Assembly: GCF_026571515.1 (NCBI RefSeq)
Contig: NW_026858371.1
Span: 186,001 to 250,000 of the forward strand
Source of the DNA: Ruditapes philippinarum
Taxonomy: Eukaryota
Length of the DNA stretch: 64,000 nucleotides
Direction: 5' to 3'
Below, one piece after another: positions 13,942 through 28,397 of the stretch; position 1 is the first letter of the stretch, and each line of letters starts with the position of its first letter. The notes beneath the pieces are model-generated. The model made no database searches, was not told where the DNA came from, and was given only the letters and a program-made list of their open reading frames with translations. The translations under genes and the position numbers were made by a program.

Positions 13942-14239
13942 TAAAACGACACAATCCAAAATTAATAAGTAAGATTTGTCTTCCTTAAACATTTTATGGA
14001 TTATGTTGGTCCAGATAGGTACAAGTATATAAAGTGGTGTCACGTAATTAAAGTAGTTCTGATAGAATAGCAGCATAGCCATAAAAGTTTATGTCTTTCC
14101 AAAATCACTATGAAACAATGTTAAGAAACCTTAATATCTACTGTGCTGAGGCATAAAGTAGTTAGATGTTCTTTGCATGTTGCATTGCAAATTAAAGGAC
14201 AAATAGCAAATTTTCAGAATTATAACCATGATTTGAAAT

Positions 14240-14350
14240 AACAGACAATAATTAAAAGGCAACGTTCACAGGACGCAGCCCCCGAAACACCAAAGTAGGG
14301 CACCCACAAGGCACCCAACCAAAACCTGGAGTTGACATAAGGGCGGTGAA
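14240..14350 (-). mobile_element. Short insertion, probable non-LTR retrotransposon 3' end
   Basis: Absent from copy 1 (~3020). Shares aaaggc..cgttca...acgca.cccc with 54965-55110. Confidence 0.5.
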
Positions 14351-17300
14351 GTTTAAGTTTAACACTTAAATTTTTTGACATGTGTACGGAAATAATTATC
14401 ATAGTCTCCCTTTCAAGTTTAAGTATTACCTAATATGATAACTAACAGCTAAAACAAAAAGTTATAATTTTGAAAACAAACCTTTATCTGGTTACTGCTT
14501 GCAATTTTAGTGCAATTGAATTTACAACACTAAACAAATCTAACAATGTAAGTAAAATATCAGGTTTACTTTTGAAATTGATAAATTCGGCTGAAGATAA
14601 AGAAGTTTTGGGTGAAATGTCTAATAGAATAATAAAAATGTCATTGTCTTAGTCACAGAAAACATATTTTGATAAAGGTTTATTATGATTAATGTTGCTT
14701 TGGGTCTCTGTTGAAACAGCAATTATCTTCCCACAACTTTTGCAACTTAAAAAAAATAAAATAAAACGTTATGCTGTTTGAATAAATATAATAAGTAGTA
14801 ATCTACAAATGTCATCTCTGTCATTTACAATATGAAACACAGTCTAAGACAACTAACACATTATTCATCCTGTAAAGATCTTTTGGTTTGACAAAGTCAT
14901 GCCCAAGAAAAAATAATTGCTTGTTTTTTGTTTGTTTGTTTTTGCAATAGTTATTTCAAACAATTTGCAAATCAAACAGGCAATTTTATTATAACGTTTA
15001 TAATATGTATTAAAACCATAGCTTGCCCGAAAGAAAAAAGACATTATTGAGTATAATTTACACAGAAAGTCATTGTCATGTGCAGTCAGTGTGTATTATT
15101 GAAAGATGTATGATCTATAACGAGCGTTTTCTTTTAAGATAGTAAAAACAGTCTCCGTGTCAAAAGACTTCGAAAACATTTCAATAAATCATACAAGGGT
15201 CGGTTGTTCGACACTTCAAATATCGTAATATAATAGCAGGAAACTTGATATTATATACTTTAATTTCCGTAAGTGCGCAGTTATTTCCGCCTGATTTATA
15301 TACCTCTCTAGGTATCTGCATTTATTTCTCAATGTCTTATGGTATGGTTGTTGTCTCTTCATATTTAAAGTTTATAGGGACTATGTGGATAAAAGATGAC
15401 TTCATAATAATGTTCATTTGGAATATTATATGTTTACTTATCAATAAATGAATAGCAATGAACACTTAACGGTATTTACAGACATATACAAACAGTTACC
15501 TGATAATCTACTCTCATGAGACAAAAATCAACCAAGACAAAAATATTAGCTCCCATTCAAATTAGTTATTTTTATATGTCGTCCATGTGTTTTTTTTAAT
15601 GTGTAACAAGTCTTAGTCCTGTTCTGTTGAGGAGTATGTGTCTGAATTGAACAACGATTCGTTTATATCCATGGGATACGGAATTTAATACAAAATCTAA
15701 GAAAGAAAACTACTTTGATAGCAAGATGTTACGAAATATAATCTGTCATATTATTTCATAGAAAAGATAATAATTTTCAATTATTCAATAATGCACAATC
15801 TTTAAAAATTCCCAATAAATCCATTTGAATAACGATAAAAAGACGAAACAACAATTAAAATATATATTGTCATATTTAATTGGAATGTCTAATATCCATT
15901 TATTATGAAATGAAAGGCGGTTTGAAAATCGATAACTATAAAGACATATATCCTTATATACTTGACCTTACGAAAACGCGTTACGTCATATTTTACTTTC
16001 ATATCTTATTAACCGACTTATTATAATGTTAAAAACCAGCCATTTGATAAAAATGTGCCGCATATGAAGAAACACTAATCGTTTGAGTCGATCAATCTAC
16101 CTTATCCCTTACACTGTATCATCTTTTATCATAATCCTTTCATCCCGGCACTTTTAAGTGTTGAAAATAAATTTAGTATCGCTCAAGCCGGTGCAAAGTA
16201 GTGTCAGGGATGTTGCATTGTTTCAATATCCCTCATGTACAGACTCAATCAAACTGAGTTTGCGATTTTTATGTAGTTTTCCTGTTTTATACTCATAAAT
16301 ATAAAATTCAGTATAACTTCTTTAAAATAAAATATAAATAACCTTACAGTTTTCTTATTCATTTTATATATGCTCATTATATTTACATAAATATAATTCA
16401 TATCTAAACTTTTCTTTTTAACTGTCTCTAGATAGAAGATATAACAGCAATATCTGTAAAAACATATCAAAACGGTATAAATACATGTACCTTCTAAACT
16501 TACTAATATCTACAAGTCATGATTTATCAGCTTGTGCTTTCCTGGAAAATATATCAACCAGAAAGTATATAAAAGACATTGATCAGTGCTATAGAGGTCT
16601 GTTCCATCTCAGCAGTTCAAAATGGTTGTAGAGAAACCAACTTATTTCCCTGATATAAAGAAGAGAATCATATAGCATTGTCGATGTCTGCTAAATGTTA
16701 TTCAGTAGAAACTAATAAATATAATATTCACGAGACAATCCAATGTAAGGCTATTTATCGATTGTTTTTTAAACAACTCTATGTTCTACGAAAGGTTAGA
16801 TAAAGAAAATTTTAGAATTTCGAACAATATTAAAAATACCGTCTCATCTACATTAATTTAAGTCAATAAAACTAACTTATCATTGAAACACGTTAGAATA
16901 ATGAACACAATACTTAGTTGATAAAAACATTTTCATTAACAACTTTTGCCCAACCGAAACAATGTTTGTTCAATCGATCGCTTTAGGAAAAGACATCCTG
17001 TATTGATATTTCTTATAATAGTTAATATTGCATATTGAGTTTTATAACAATTCCTCAAATAGTGTGCTTTCAAACAGTGTTGAAAAAATCTTTGCATCTA
17101 ATAGAGCCCTAAAGATAAAGTATTGCAAAAGATAGAAAACTGAAAAACAAATATGTTGAATTTGAATTAAATATACTAAATTTACTATGAATTTGATTGC
17201 AAATCATTTTTGTAAAATGACCGCAGCTAATATAATGCTGTCACAATAGACAAATTAAACTATCAAATGCTTTTTACCGTTACGACAGCCACGTATCATA

Positions 17301-17967
17301 TAGTATTTGTTTGAAAAGCTTGACAATTTGACAGTCGACTATTAAACAGAGATTAATTGTCACTGGGACATTTATATTTCCTTCATCTGTTTATAATTAA
17401 CCGCATTGTCCAATATCTCAGAAAGGCTGTTTCCACATTGATCAAATTATAACAAGAGCCTCTTTGATATAATGAGAAATCAATGAACCAGGCGTGTTGA
17501 AGACTAAAAACCTTTCTGTAACAAAGATAAATGGTAAACCGAAGAACAATCCTTTAAAAAGAAACCATTTGTTTTCCTTCTTTAGATATTCTTAACACAT
17601 GTCTTAACGGGCTGTTACCACTTTTATCAAGTCACTATAGGAACTTCTTAAGTATTAATCATTGTCATTATTCATTTTGTACATTATATGTTTGAAAAAA
17701 TGTTTATATTTTTACCATATGCAAAGAAATCTATTTAACTGTAAATGAAAGAAACAGGTCAAGTTGAATTACTGAGTAAAACAAAAAAATCTTAATATGT
17801 AAGAAGGTGAAAAATTAATCTGTTTTAAATTTTAAATACATCATCAATTAATCTTACTTAATATATATGTATATGCAAATATATAAATCGTTTGTACAAA
17901 AACAACAATTTGCCTTGAATGAAGAAAACTGTCCCTTTTAAAATTAACTGTATCCTAAAGAACGGTT

Positions 17968-18110
17968 AAGGGGGCGTGGACGGTAGTTTGCACTTGGCAA
18001 TACCGTCCATGAGCAGCCTCATTCAAACCGAGCCTTCAACTGTTTAATTTTGCCGTTTTTGTACTTTCTAGGGATTCTTATTTTCTCTTTCTCTCTTTCT
18101 CTATTATCTT
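17968..18110. mobile_element. Dispersed hairpin-containing repeat, copy 1 of 4
   Basis: ggggcgtggacggtagtttgcacttg..taccgtccatga..tcaaaccgagcct..tagggattctt. Matches 32863-32960 (inverted), 46145-46350 and 51525-51723 (inverted). Confidence 0.8.
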
Positions 18111-20689
18111 TTTAGTTAACCTAGTCAAAAGCAACAGTTGCTATTGTGTCGTTAGGCGCGTTCTTTATAGTTCCTATTTTGACCATTCCATTGACATTCA
18201 ACTTCTTTAGTATATCACATGTATGGTCTGTTTGTGTGCTCTATACATATTACAATTTACTATTTTACGAAATAGATAAAAGTTTCTGGCTGTATAATGT
18301 CTTAAAAAACTAATGCTGAAACAGTGAAATATACTTCAGTGTTATTGTAGCATTTATAAGAATGAACAATTGTCAATAGACTGTATTTGACGACAGAGCT
18401 TTTGGCAATCCTTGAACATAAAAGAATTAGGCATCGAGCTGCGAAAGTCTACTTTAAATAAATCAATAATCTCATAAACATATGCGCAATTGTCATGGGG
18501 AAAGTAAATAATAGATGTTATATGTATCTAAAATGTCAGACATTGTTTTGAATTTGCAGTTGTTCAAGTATTTAGAGTGCTTAGAGTTTTTACTTAAAAT
18601 ACATGTAAGAAACCTTGAGAAAGGAAAGCTCAGTTTAAAATACTTGTTTACTAAGGTGATTCTCTGAAAATAACCATACAAGAAAACTGAAGAACTGATT
18701 ATTATATCTTAATACTTTCCTGTCTTAACACGAAACATGTATAAATTTAACAACATTAGTATAATCAAATCTCTTTCCCCAAATACACTATTATTTTTGT
18801 CGTTTTTTTACATTAGAAACATGTGTAATGTTTGGTCTCATTACCGCATACACACCTTTTATATTATTATATGAAGTAAAATGCTTCATAACAATAAGAC
18901 ACTGGTAAATTAAATAAAAACATAAATTCAGGGAAAAAAACACCACCAAATATACTGCTCTTATGACAAAGGCAATGTGCGTGTTGTAAAAAAGGTTAGC
19001 AGGCATACAATACAGGGTCATCCCTTTGATAACAATTGTATTTGCTATTGACATGTGGATAATTTCTAGTTGTAAATATTTCGTATTGATATTGAGAATT
19101 TTAAATTGCCTTAATATTGGTTCAAAAATTATAATGTTTTTGATTTCTAAAGATAGAGCAGTCAAGTGCATGATTACACGATACATGTATATGACGTCAG
19201 TTATCACGTAAACAAACAGACATCGGGAAAACATACTTCTGCGCTAAAGTTGCTCAACATATTTTTTATCAATTTTCTTTTTTTATTAGCATGTAAGAAT
19301 GAAAATACATATTAATTTTTATTGCATTATATTAAAGAAATGCACGGTATATCGTTTAATTGCTTCGTAATTTATCACTTAGGCCCATTGGCCTTCTTGA
19401 TTATATTTCTGTGCAACTGAACTCGAACCGCACATTATTGTACAACAATGCACTCAAAATTGAACATTATGTTATAATTATACACTATTTTTAACAGCTA
19501 ATGCACGGTATATATGCTTATTTCGGAAACGATAATAAAGGTTCCTAAACAGGACGTGAAATTTGTAACGTTTTCATTTTTCATTTTACTTTATCATTAA
19601 AGTATCATACTATATATATCCAAATAAGAATATGTCAGCCAAAAACTCCGAATAAGTATATCCATTTGGTATCAATATGGATAACTGATTTCTTTGTTTG
19701 TTGTTGTTGTTTGTCTTGCAAAAATTTTAGTAGGTACATTTATTTTATGCTTTTCAGTGGATTACTGATTTATCCGTGAAAATTATATTTGATAATTTCA
19801 CAATGACGAAACTACATTTTAAGATTTTTTTGTGGTACCTCAATTTAACAATGCTGACAATGTCAGGCTGTTTAAAGAAAAGCAAAGCTGAAATTGAAAA
19901 ATAACTTAAATGTCAAAGTAATAAAAAGAAGAAAACTTACTTCTATTCATTCAAATTCCAATCACCAAATTTCGTCTCAAAATTTTTTGTTTCATTTTTA
20001 CAGTCTGAAAAATACATTCCTTCCACATGCAAAACTGCTCTTGATGACATTTAGGCATATCAAAGTATCCTACGAGCAATAAATGCCGTATGCTTTATGA
20101 AAAATTGAAAAGCAATGACAGCCATCAGCTCGTAGAACAAGTAAACCACCCAGCGTTCCTGAGCAAGTTCCAAGTTTTCCATTTTCCTAGCTGCTTTTTT
20201 TTTAATGTTTTCACATCTGTCAACACTTATATTTTGTCTGTTACAATCCTTAAATATGTTTCGTTCTTTTAAAAAGGTGTATGGCAAACAAATCCAAATT
20301 ATATCCCTCTGAATCAAACACAATTATTTTCCTCCCGTGAAATACACAACTTTAAAAAATGGCTGCCGCTTACATTTAACAAAGCCAGGCCTAATATAAA
20401 TTCGCAGTAAGTAACAGAAATATGGATGGATGGTTGGACTTTTTCACCTACAAGAATTGTTTGTAGTTTTTATTATTAAAACAAGCGATCACTCATATTT
20501 TTTTAATAAAATAAATAATATCACTGTCATTTAACGTTGATTGTCGGACTGATTTTTCAGCTCAAGACTTTTTGTTTTTAATGAGAAATCCCGACTAAAT
20601 GGGGTTCTCAATGGGGAAAACAGATTTTAATATTTACGTTAACATTATGGAAATTTCGTTTCAACTTGTATTTTTAGCATAAAATAAAA

Positions 20690-20810
20690 AGAAAATTTGT
20701 TTGTTTGTTGTGTAAGTGGCTACGCCACTCGTTAGAATACTGTTTTTAAAGCCCACTCGATGAAATAAAATTTCATCTTACACACAAACAAATAAATATC
20801 CTCTATTTAT
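20690..20810. mobile_element. Palindromic repeat end, same type as 9875-10311
   Basis: gtggctacgccactcg...ccactcgatgaaataaa...aatatcctctatttat. Confidence 0.6.
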
Positions 20811-23800
20811 TTCCCTTTTTAAAAAAGTTCACGATTTCTTTCTGTTTAAACTGGAAATTTATAAAACTTTATGCTATAAAACTTATCCTCACTATTGACG
20901 TCATTTCACCTGGCATGAGATGGCGAACAACAATAATTCGGCATTCCAATATGATGTGGAATTACTGTTACAATATAAGACGATATAAAGTGACTTATCC
21001 ATAGAAGATGCTAAATATCCAATTTTCGAGACACAGTTGTCATTTCCGGGCTATTATTGAGATGGTAATCTATCAGATCCTAGGTTTATCAATAACAAAA
21101 CGATGCGAATTTAAACATACAGTTTCTAGCATTTTACACGACTTTCTTTCCATATATGATTTAAACACTTAGTTTTACCCACATAAAAAACTTTGTAAAA
21201 AAGCCTACTCTGTGTGTGTGGAATTCAAACTCAATGCCATTGGTTAGCTAACAAATAAACACAACTCTCTAGATTACAGTCATAGGATATATGCTTTGCC
21301 ACATGTGTCAGAGTTTGAATTGATAAATCGTGACTTATTGAAATATAACATATTAATTTCAGATTAAACTGAGCAATCATTCAGATAATTCGATTCGAAT
21401 AACTTCAACGACAATAGTACAATATGTTTGGTCTTATTAACTATACATTACCATGACGGAACATAATAAACACACTCGTTAATATTGTACTCAAAATAAA
21501 AGATAAATCAAATGATAGAATAAAAAATATATGGTTAAATTAGACGGAGAAATATTTCAGATATGCTAGTAATTTTAATGGATTGAAGTACAACGATGAA
21601 ATCTGAAGAACACCGACTAATGCGATGAATTTAGCGTAATTTTAACAGTTATTGATATATGTAGCAAAGAAAAAAGAAATAAAAAGAAGGGGAAAGACTT
21701 TGTTTATATTGTACGTCAATGTCATTGTTAAATTAAAGTAAGACATTCTTTTTTCAGATAAACTTTACAAGAATGTACTTATTTTCTATTTGATGTCAAT
21801 AATACATTCGTTACTCATTATACAAAGATTAGTTACACATTATACATAGATTACACCCTCTGTTGTTATTAAATCACGTGACAGAACTACTTTGTATTAG
21901 TATTTACTCCAAGATTATTATCAATAACAGTCGAGGAGTTCCGATTGTATAGTTTCAAGCATAGAAAGTTCTTATTTGTAAAAAGATTCAGACTACTCCT
22001 CTGTCGGTAATGTCTAGACTCACAATGTACAAAAAAGTAGTTTCTTGACCTTTGACCGTTTCTCTACATTTATTAAAAGTAAGACATTCACTGTTAGATA
22101 TCAATAAAACATTGCAATCTCAGGCACTGTGTTAGTCACATAATGTGTCTATGGTAGCAGGAGACGCGTTAATCAAATGTTCGAATTGCCCGCGAGCGAC
22201 CAAATCATTGTGAGTTATCCGTGTTTATAGATAATGCTATCAAATAATAATTATATTATTATTTTCTTCTTGATTTTTTGAGATTGTTTCACAGCTGCAC
22301 AGTGACTCGATCATATTGTATCATAATATATAATTGCTTATGAATTTGAAAATAACTTCAAATCAACAAAGCCCCCGATAAAGGCCATAAATCAGACTAA
22401 AATTATATAAAAAAATGGAAAGAAGAGAAGGCTTTATCCTCGCGTTTTATGTTCTGTAAAATTGCCAATGCCTTTTTTCTTATGCTTTTTCAGTTATAAG
22501 GGGGATACATGAATTAGCAAAATGCAAGGTTAAGCTGATTTTCTCTTCATAACTTTGAGTCTGCTTTCTACATTAGATAAAAAACATCATAACAATACTC
22601 ATTTTACAGATAATATATATATATTTTTTATGTTTTTTATCCACTTGAAAACAAAAGTTTAATACTGAAGTAGAAACTGTGTTCACAAAGACAGGTAGTG
22701 TTTTCATAAAGACAATCTGTGCTTAATTGTACGAAATGATATTCACAATAATACCCGCATTATGCACCATCAGCGTTATAATGTGTTTATTGTATACTGT
22801 ATCATTCTTAAATGCCAATGAAGTTGCACTTCCCCACCTTAGATGCCTTTTTCTATTCATGCAATATACTTATGTATTTAGTGATGTAATTGAGTGTGCA
22901 ATCTGTGCGTAAGTGTTATTGTTCACTTTATCATTCTTGAATGCCAAAACAGTTCCTTTTTCAACCAATTTATATGCTCTTGGTATTCATGCAGTGAAGA
23001 TAAAACAATTTTAAAAGTGTATATGCTGTAGTAGCTTTCTGAGGTTATGTATCTTGCTACGAACAGCGTTGGAAAATTAGATCTCGCGAGATATAATTTT
23101 CCCATGATGCATGTCGCAAAAAAACATGGCCTCATAAAGCTTCTACAACAATATAATCCTTTTATCATATACCCCCACATTTTAAGACAAGAACAGTAGC
23201 AATATACTTAATTTTTCTTTTAGTTATTTAAAGCTGGCAAGAAATAAAATTCACGTGTGACAGATTAATCGAATTAATTTTGCAAAAGAGGCAACGCCTT
23301 CAATAGTTTCAGATCCCGTTTTCAAATGCTACGTAATACACAAACAACGTGAACAATAGTCTGAAAATGGAACCGTATTTGTCACTAACATAATACGGAT
23401 TTTCCTATCCGTTGTAGAGTATCCGCGCTTCAAGATTTGTATTTTTGTACGAAAATGTATAGACGTATAATAAAATAATTTATACAGTTAAAAGTCAACC
23501 TCTTTGTCTATATGACCGCCTTTTATGTTCGCCATAAATCCTTAAATAGATCGCGGAAATGCGTCCTTATTAAATACTCCGACAACTTTTGACATGATTT
23601 GAAAGGGAATCCACATAAAAGATCAATTTAATCGTTGATTGAAGTTTCTGATTGTCATAATTTCATCAATGAAATGAAAGTTGCGCAATCGATAGTGCTG
23701 TTATTACGAAAGATATTTCTTGTGATTTGGTAATAACATTGAGTCATATTACAATCGATATGATGGCAATCATTATAATCATAATCCGACTCCAGTTATC

Positions 23801-24009
23801 CAGTCAAGTATAAGGACTTTTTTACGTTTGTTGTACAGGTTTTCTTTTCTAAATGTTTTCTGTAAATAACTAGATTGATGCAGCAAATTATCGTGTACGA
23901 ATACGTTTCAGAACGAAGTTTAAGAATAAGTTTGAAATAAAAAATCATGTTATGTAGCATTTAATAATATTGGATCATACTGTTTCTCCTACCATTAACA
24001 TTGTTTTTA

Positions 24010-25490
24010 TCAACATTGTGCCGGCTCGCCACGGCGAGCCGGTATTACGGTAGGATTTTACTGAGAAACAACCTAAAACTCCGAAGCCATCCAAAAATTT
24101 AATCGACGCTTGGCTTCCAGCTTTCTACAAAATTTATCTATCAGGCCTAGGATCCAAAATTATTTAGCCAATCAAATTTAATCTTACATAGCGTCAAAAA
24201 ACCTTCAATTTTCACGCCATTTTTAAAAATCAGCAAGTATTGGTTTGAGCGCAAAGATATAATGATGATTAAAATGTTTGTCTTTATGAATTCTTTTCAA
24301 TAAATCATATTTACACTGACTTCTGATTTAGCGATTTCACCTGTTTTCTCTGTAGTAAGTTTTCGTTTGGTTAATTAACATAAGTGTACATCTGGTTCTG
24401 TGCATTTTTTATTTTTCCCTTTTTCCAGTCATTTTATCCTTTCCGGTATTTAGTGTATGTATTTACTGGCCGGGATCCGGGACGCCCGGGATCCGGGATC
24501 GGAAAAACCTAATGAACTATATTTGTGTTGATTGTTGTCGTAATGAAAGGCCATTAAACGTTATTTTTTTTATTGTATATAATGAACGTTAAATTAATTT
24601 AACTTAGAATATAGATATATTTAGAGCTATTTATTAACAAACTTAAAATGCGGAAATCACAATACATATAATTATATGCCTAATTAATTGGAAAAATCAA
24701 AGACTATTTTCTTGAATTGGTCAAATCCCGGGATCCCTATATGTTTTAAAACGATCCCAGCTTTTCTGAAAACTATATACTTGAACTGGCCAATCCGTGA
24801 GATCTATTTACATTTTAATACGATCCCGGTATTTCTGAAAACTATATTCTTGAACTGGTCAATTCCCGGGATCCCTATATGTTTTAATAGGATCCCGGCT
24901 TATCTGAAAAACATCTTCTTAGACTGGTCAATTTCCGGGATCCCTATATTTTTTTAATAGGATCCCGGCTTTTCTGGCTGAATTGATTGACAACTTGTGT
25001 TTACTTTAGGACTTGTGCCTCTCATTCCAATACTAAATAACATACATGTATTACAACTTAATTTTGTATAAAGAGACATCTTTATGAAATCTACCTATCT
25101 AATATTTTGTGGTCAAGGTCAACAGGCCATATAGTAAATGTGCATAGACATAAGTTCTTCATTCTATCTGTTTACATGCACCTCCAAATATACTCATACT
25201 CATCTTGGTTAAACTGAGAGAACTTTATATGTCACTTTCAGTCAATGAGTTTAAGATTTTGAATTTACTGGCCCGAATTCCAGTTTTGAATTTATTCTAC
25301 TAAATAATTAACAAAATTTTCTTAAATTTACACTGGCCTGAACTTATATACACTGGCCATCGGGCACCGGGCCAGTGTTGACTTCACTTTTATTTTGATG
25401 TTCGCTGAAGTCTCTTCAGCTAACAGAACTGTCATTTTTACATTTAAACACACCCCTTGAAAAAAATTACGAAGCGAGTCGCTACTAGCT
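24010..25490. mobile_element. Unclassified composite repeat with GC hairpins at its edges
   Basis: Left hairpin ccggctcgcc-ac-ggcgagccgg (~24021-24042); GGATCC-rich cluster ~24470-24500; internal minisatellite; actggcc motifs ~25265-25380; right agcga-g-tcgct-actag. Confidence 0.45.
24700..24976. repeat. Minisatellite, 4 x 69 bp
   Basis: Unit aaaactatattcttgaactggtcaattcccgggatccctatatgttttaataggatcccggcttttctg starting at ~24700, 24769, 24838 and 24907. Confidence 0.9.
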
Positions 25491-25529
25491 TTTTTAAAAG
25501 CTAACCTTGTTCTACCTATGCCTAATTTT

Positions 25530-25825
25530 AGACTCCAAAAAATGGTATTGCACGGCCGTTTGCGTTATACAAACATAGTGTAAGACGCGCTAAATGTTAG
25601 CGTAACAATAAAGGCGCGTAAATGAAAATTGATTCTTTGCACTTGAAACAGTTTATATTTTAGGTATGTGATAAACAGGATATTATATTCGTGTAGATTC
25701 ATTACTAAATGTATTGAACTCGTTGACTTAAACAATATCATGCTTGCCTAAGCCTCGCATAATATAACTTTATTCAATAAATTAAGCACTGAACGTACAC
25801 TCGTCCAATATATTCTATTTATTAA
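25530..25825. mobile_element. Degenerate palindromic repeat end
   Basis: Decayed hairpin around gcttgcctaagcctcgc; ends aatatattctatttat. Confidence 0.4.
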
Positions 25826-27019
25826 TTAGGTTATGCCTTCGTGTTACTATTTTAAATAAATATCACTTTCCAAACACAACTTCTGTATGCATTTTTTAAT
25901 GGTTTAATCTGTTAACATTGTTACAAACATTATAACATTCACAATTGACTCATTCATTTGTTTCAGCAACATATTTATTTAACATATATAACATTATAAT
26001 TCGTTTATAATAATGATATCAACCAAAGAAAAGTAGCAACAATGTAATATACATAAATATGTCTTTAAACTTCTGTAGTTCAAACGTTTTGCATAGATTG
26101 AGTTATTCTTCAACGTATTGCATTTGTGACGTTCGTATTTAATAATGTTTGATAAAGAAAATTGTGTTCACATAACTAGTTTCAAGCAATGATATATTAT
26201 CTGCAATAAGAGCAAAACAGTATATAATTGCTCTAAAGATACAGTCCTCCATATGTTTCAATAATAACCGTTAACAAAAGTTAAAACCAAAAATATGAAA
26301 ATACCAAAGCATATATTTAAAGAAAATATAAATCAAACACTAACTTCGTTCTTGATTCAGTTTCCACTTTGCATTGTGCAGTTTCTGTATATTAGTTTTA
26401 CCAAAGTAAATAAATAATTTTCTTGACTATGCAATATTCTGTGTGCTTTAAATGTTAATTAACTCGCATTGAGCATGTGCATTAGGAATATTGTAGTGAT
26501 ATTGAAGTAAACTGTATCTTTTACATTATTTATAGGAGATATTTTTATGCGTCAACACTAACGCATTTGTTTTAAATTAAGAAGTCAAATGTTAGTGTAA
26601 TGTTTAAATCTTGAATAATTTAGGTCTAACCCATACAAATAAATCAAACAGATACAACTGTGACTGTTATAATAAAGATAGAACATTCATAGCGCAGAAC
26701 AGTTGTGTCATAATTTGGGTTTGTTTACTTATCAAACATATGCATAGACAAAAACTAGATACCTTTCTACTGGAATGTTTTAAAAAGAGATTATCACATA
26801 CAATCTTTACAAAAGCTATTTACAATCTGCAAAATCAAGCGTTTCCGTTCATTCAATTTAAAACAAAATTAAACAAAACAAGTAAATTTACAGACACAAT
26901 ACCTGTCAAGCAATGTGTTAACGATTAATTTTTAACTTTTACATTTTTCTTTTCTATTTCGATATGTATTTGATTTTGCAGGAAAAAAGATAATGACAGG
27001 TTCCTCAATCCAATCATGT

Positions 27020-27190
27020 TGTTGTTATTGTTGGCGTTTGGTTTCACGTTCCACCAACACATTGTAGGTCCTAGCTCTCGAGCTTTACTTGTAGATGTAG
27101 ACCTCAGGTGTCCGGCTGTGCATTTTTTCAGTCACAAATGGGTAACTTAGTAGAACCGTCAATATTCCTTAATCTAGCTGGATTATCCAA
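27020..27190 (-). mobile_element. Degenerate Meta-type SINE
   Basis: Diverged match to 29765-29912 (agctttact.gt.ga.g.agacctcaggtg...agtagaacc). Confidence 0.7.
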
Positions 27191-27806
27191 TTATGTATAT
27201 ATAAAATATTTGTGAGAAATAATTGTTTTTGTCATTCAATTTATACTAGAACACTTGCTGATCTTTATCAAGAGATGAAAGACATATTGAATTGTTGATA
27301 ATACATGTTGCCAATATCGAAAGATTTCCTATAGATATTTAGATGTGTATGACTGGTAAACTACATATTTTACATTGATATGAATCCTTATAACCAATCA
27401 AACAGAATGAAAATGCATAGCTGTGCTAATGAAAACTAAACGTCGTTTTACGTTTTTTTTCTTCAAAAGAAAAAGTTCATATCCACAACAATTGAAATAT
27501 TCATATGATCAGTTTTAGCTATTTCGTTAACATTGTCATGAGAGTCCAACTTATATGATAATAAATAACTTTGGCCGAACTATCTTGTTTTTGTTTTTTT
27601 TTTTAGAAATTGCCGGATATTTCGTTGATTGGCATTTTGATTGACAGAGGTATCAATCAAACAGCTTTTAACTGTTCACACATATCACATAACTGACTAA
27701 CATATTCTCCATAACAGTTTGACTTCAAACTGTTTGTTGCTTTTGTTCCTTGAAGGTACTCCATTTTAGACAAAATTGACATATCGATCTTCTAGATAAA
27801 TTGCTG

Positions 27807-27901
27807 CTATAGACCTGTATAATTGCCACTTGGATTTCCAGCACTATGCATACCAGATATTCTATCGTTGTGTTTCCGAAGCATTTCGTTGGAGTTTCGA
27901 A
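27807..27901 (-). CDS. Exon 2 (terminal coding exon) of an uncharacterised 124-aa single-pass membrane protein
   Basis: Acceptor atgattttgtattttcag|TT CGA AAC TCC. A phase-1 join to exon 1 gives ...DIDEM-VRNSNEMLRKHNDRISGMHSAGNPSGNYTGL*, with TAG at 27809-27807. Confidence 0.75.
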
Positions 27902-28354
27902 CTGAAAATACAAAATCATTGTGCAAATATATTAATCTTTTAACGATCAATCTCCAACAAATATCATGAATAGAATACTATCTAAGGTCCTGACGTTTAG
28001 TATTTGTAAGATACTAGAATTACGTATGTTCCCTACATTCTAGTACCTAGAAGAAAAACAGGCATTTCAAGTGAACAGTTCTATAATTTTCACGGAAAAC
28101 ATCATAACCCATCTAACTTATACCTCCGTTAAACATTTGCAACAATAAAACATTCAACATTTTCAACCAGTCGTTCCCGTAATTATGGAACACCATCTTA
28201 ATCTTAATTACGACGAATTAAGTAACTTTTATTCTCGAATCTTTTATCATGTTGTATAGTAAAATTAATAGATCAGCTTTTACTTTTTGCTTGAAAATAA
28301 GTTAATTTTTTTACAATATCTAATGTATATGCATATAAATATAATATTTTAGAT

Positions 28355-28397
28355 ATTATTATTATTATTATTATTATCATTATTATAACTACTATTA
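28355..28397. repeat. (TAT)n microsatellite
   Basis: tattattattattattattattatcattattat. Confidence 0.85.

Larger units (their letters stand above)
10810..17150. repeat. Segmental duplication, copy 2
   Basis: Collinear with 1-6405. Carries private insertions (11612-11646 palindrome, 12714-12924 SINE, ~14240-14350, ~16140-16295) and only one copy of the ~740-bp block that is doubled in copy 1. Confidence 0.92.

Noticed and set aside
18791-19234. 147-aa minus-strand ORF
   Set aside because: Composition typical of random AT-rich sequence, no motif, and it starts in repeat-like DNA.
24688-24957. 89-aa ORF with 23-aa repeats
   Set aside because: A by-product of the 69-bp minisatellite.
27725-27919. 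64-aa minus-strand ORF
   Set aside because: It overlaps exon 2 in a different frame; the splice-compatible frame is VRNSNEML.
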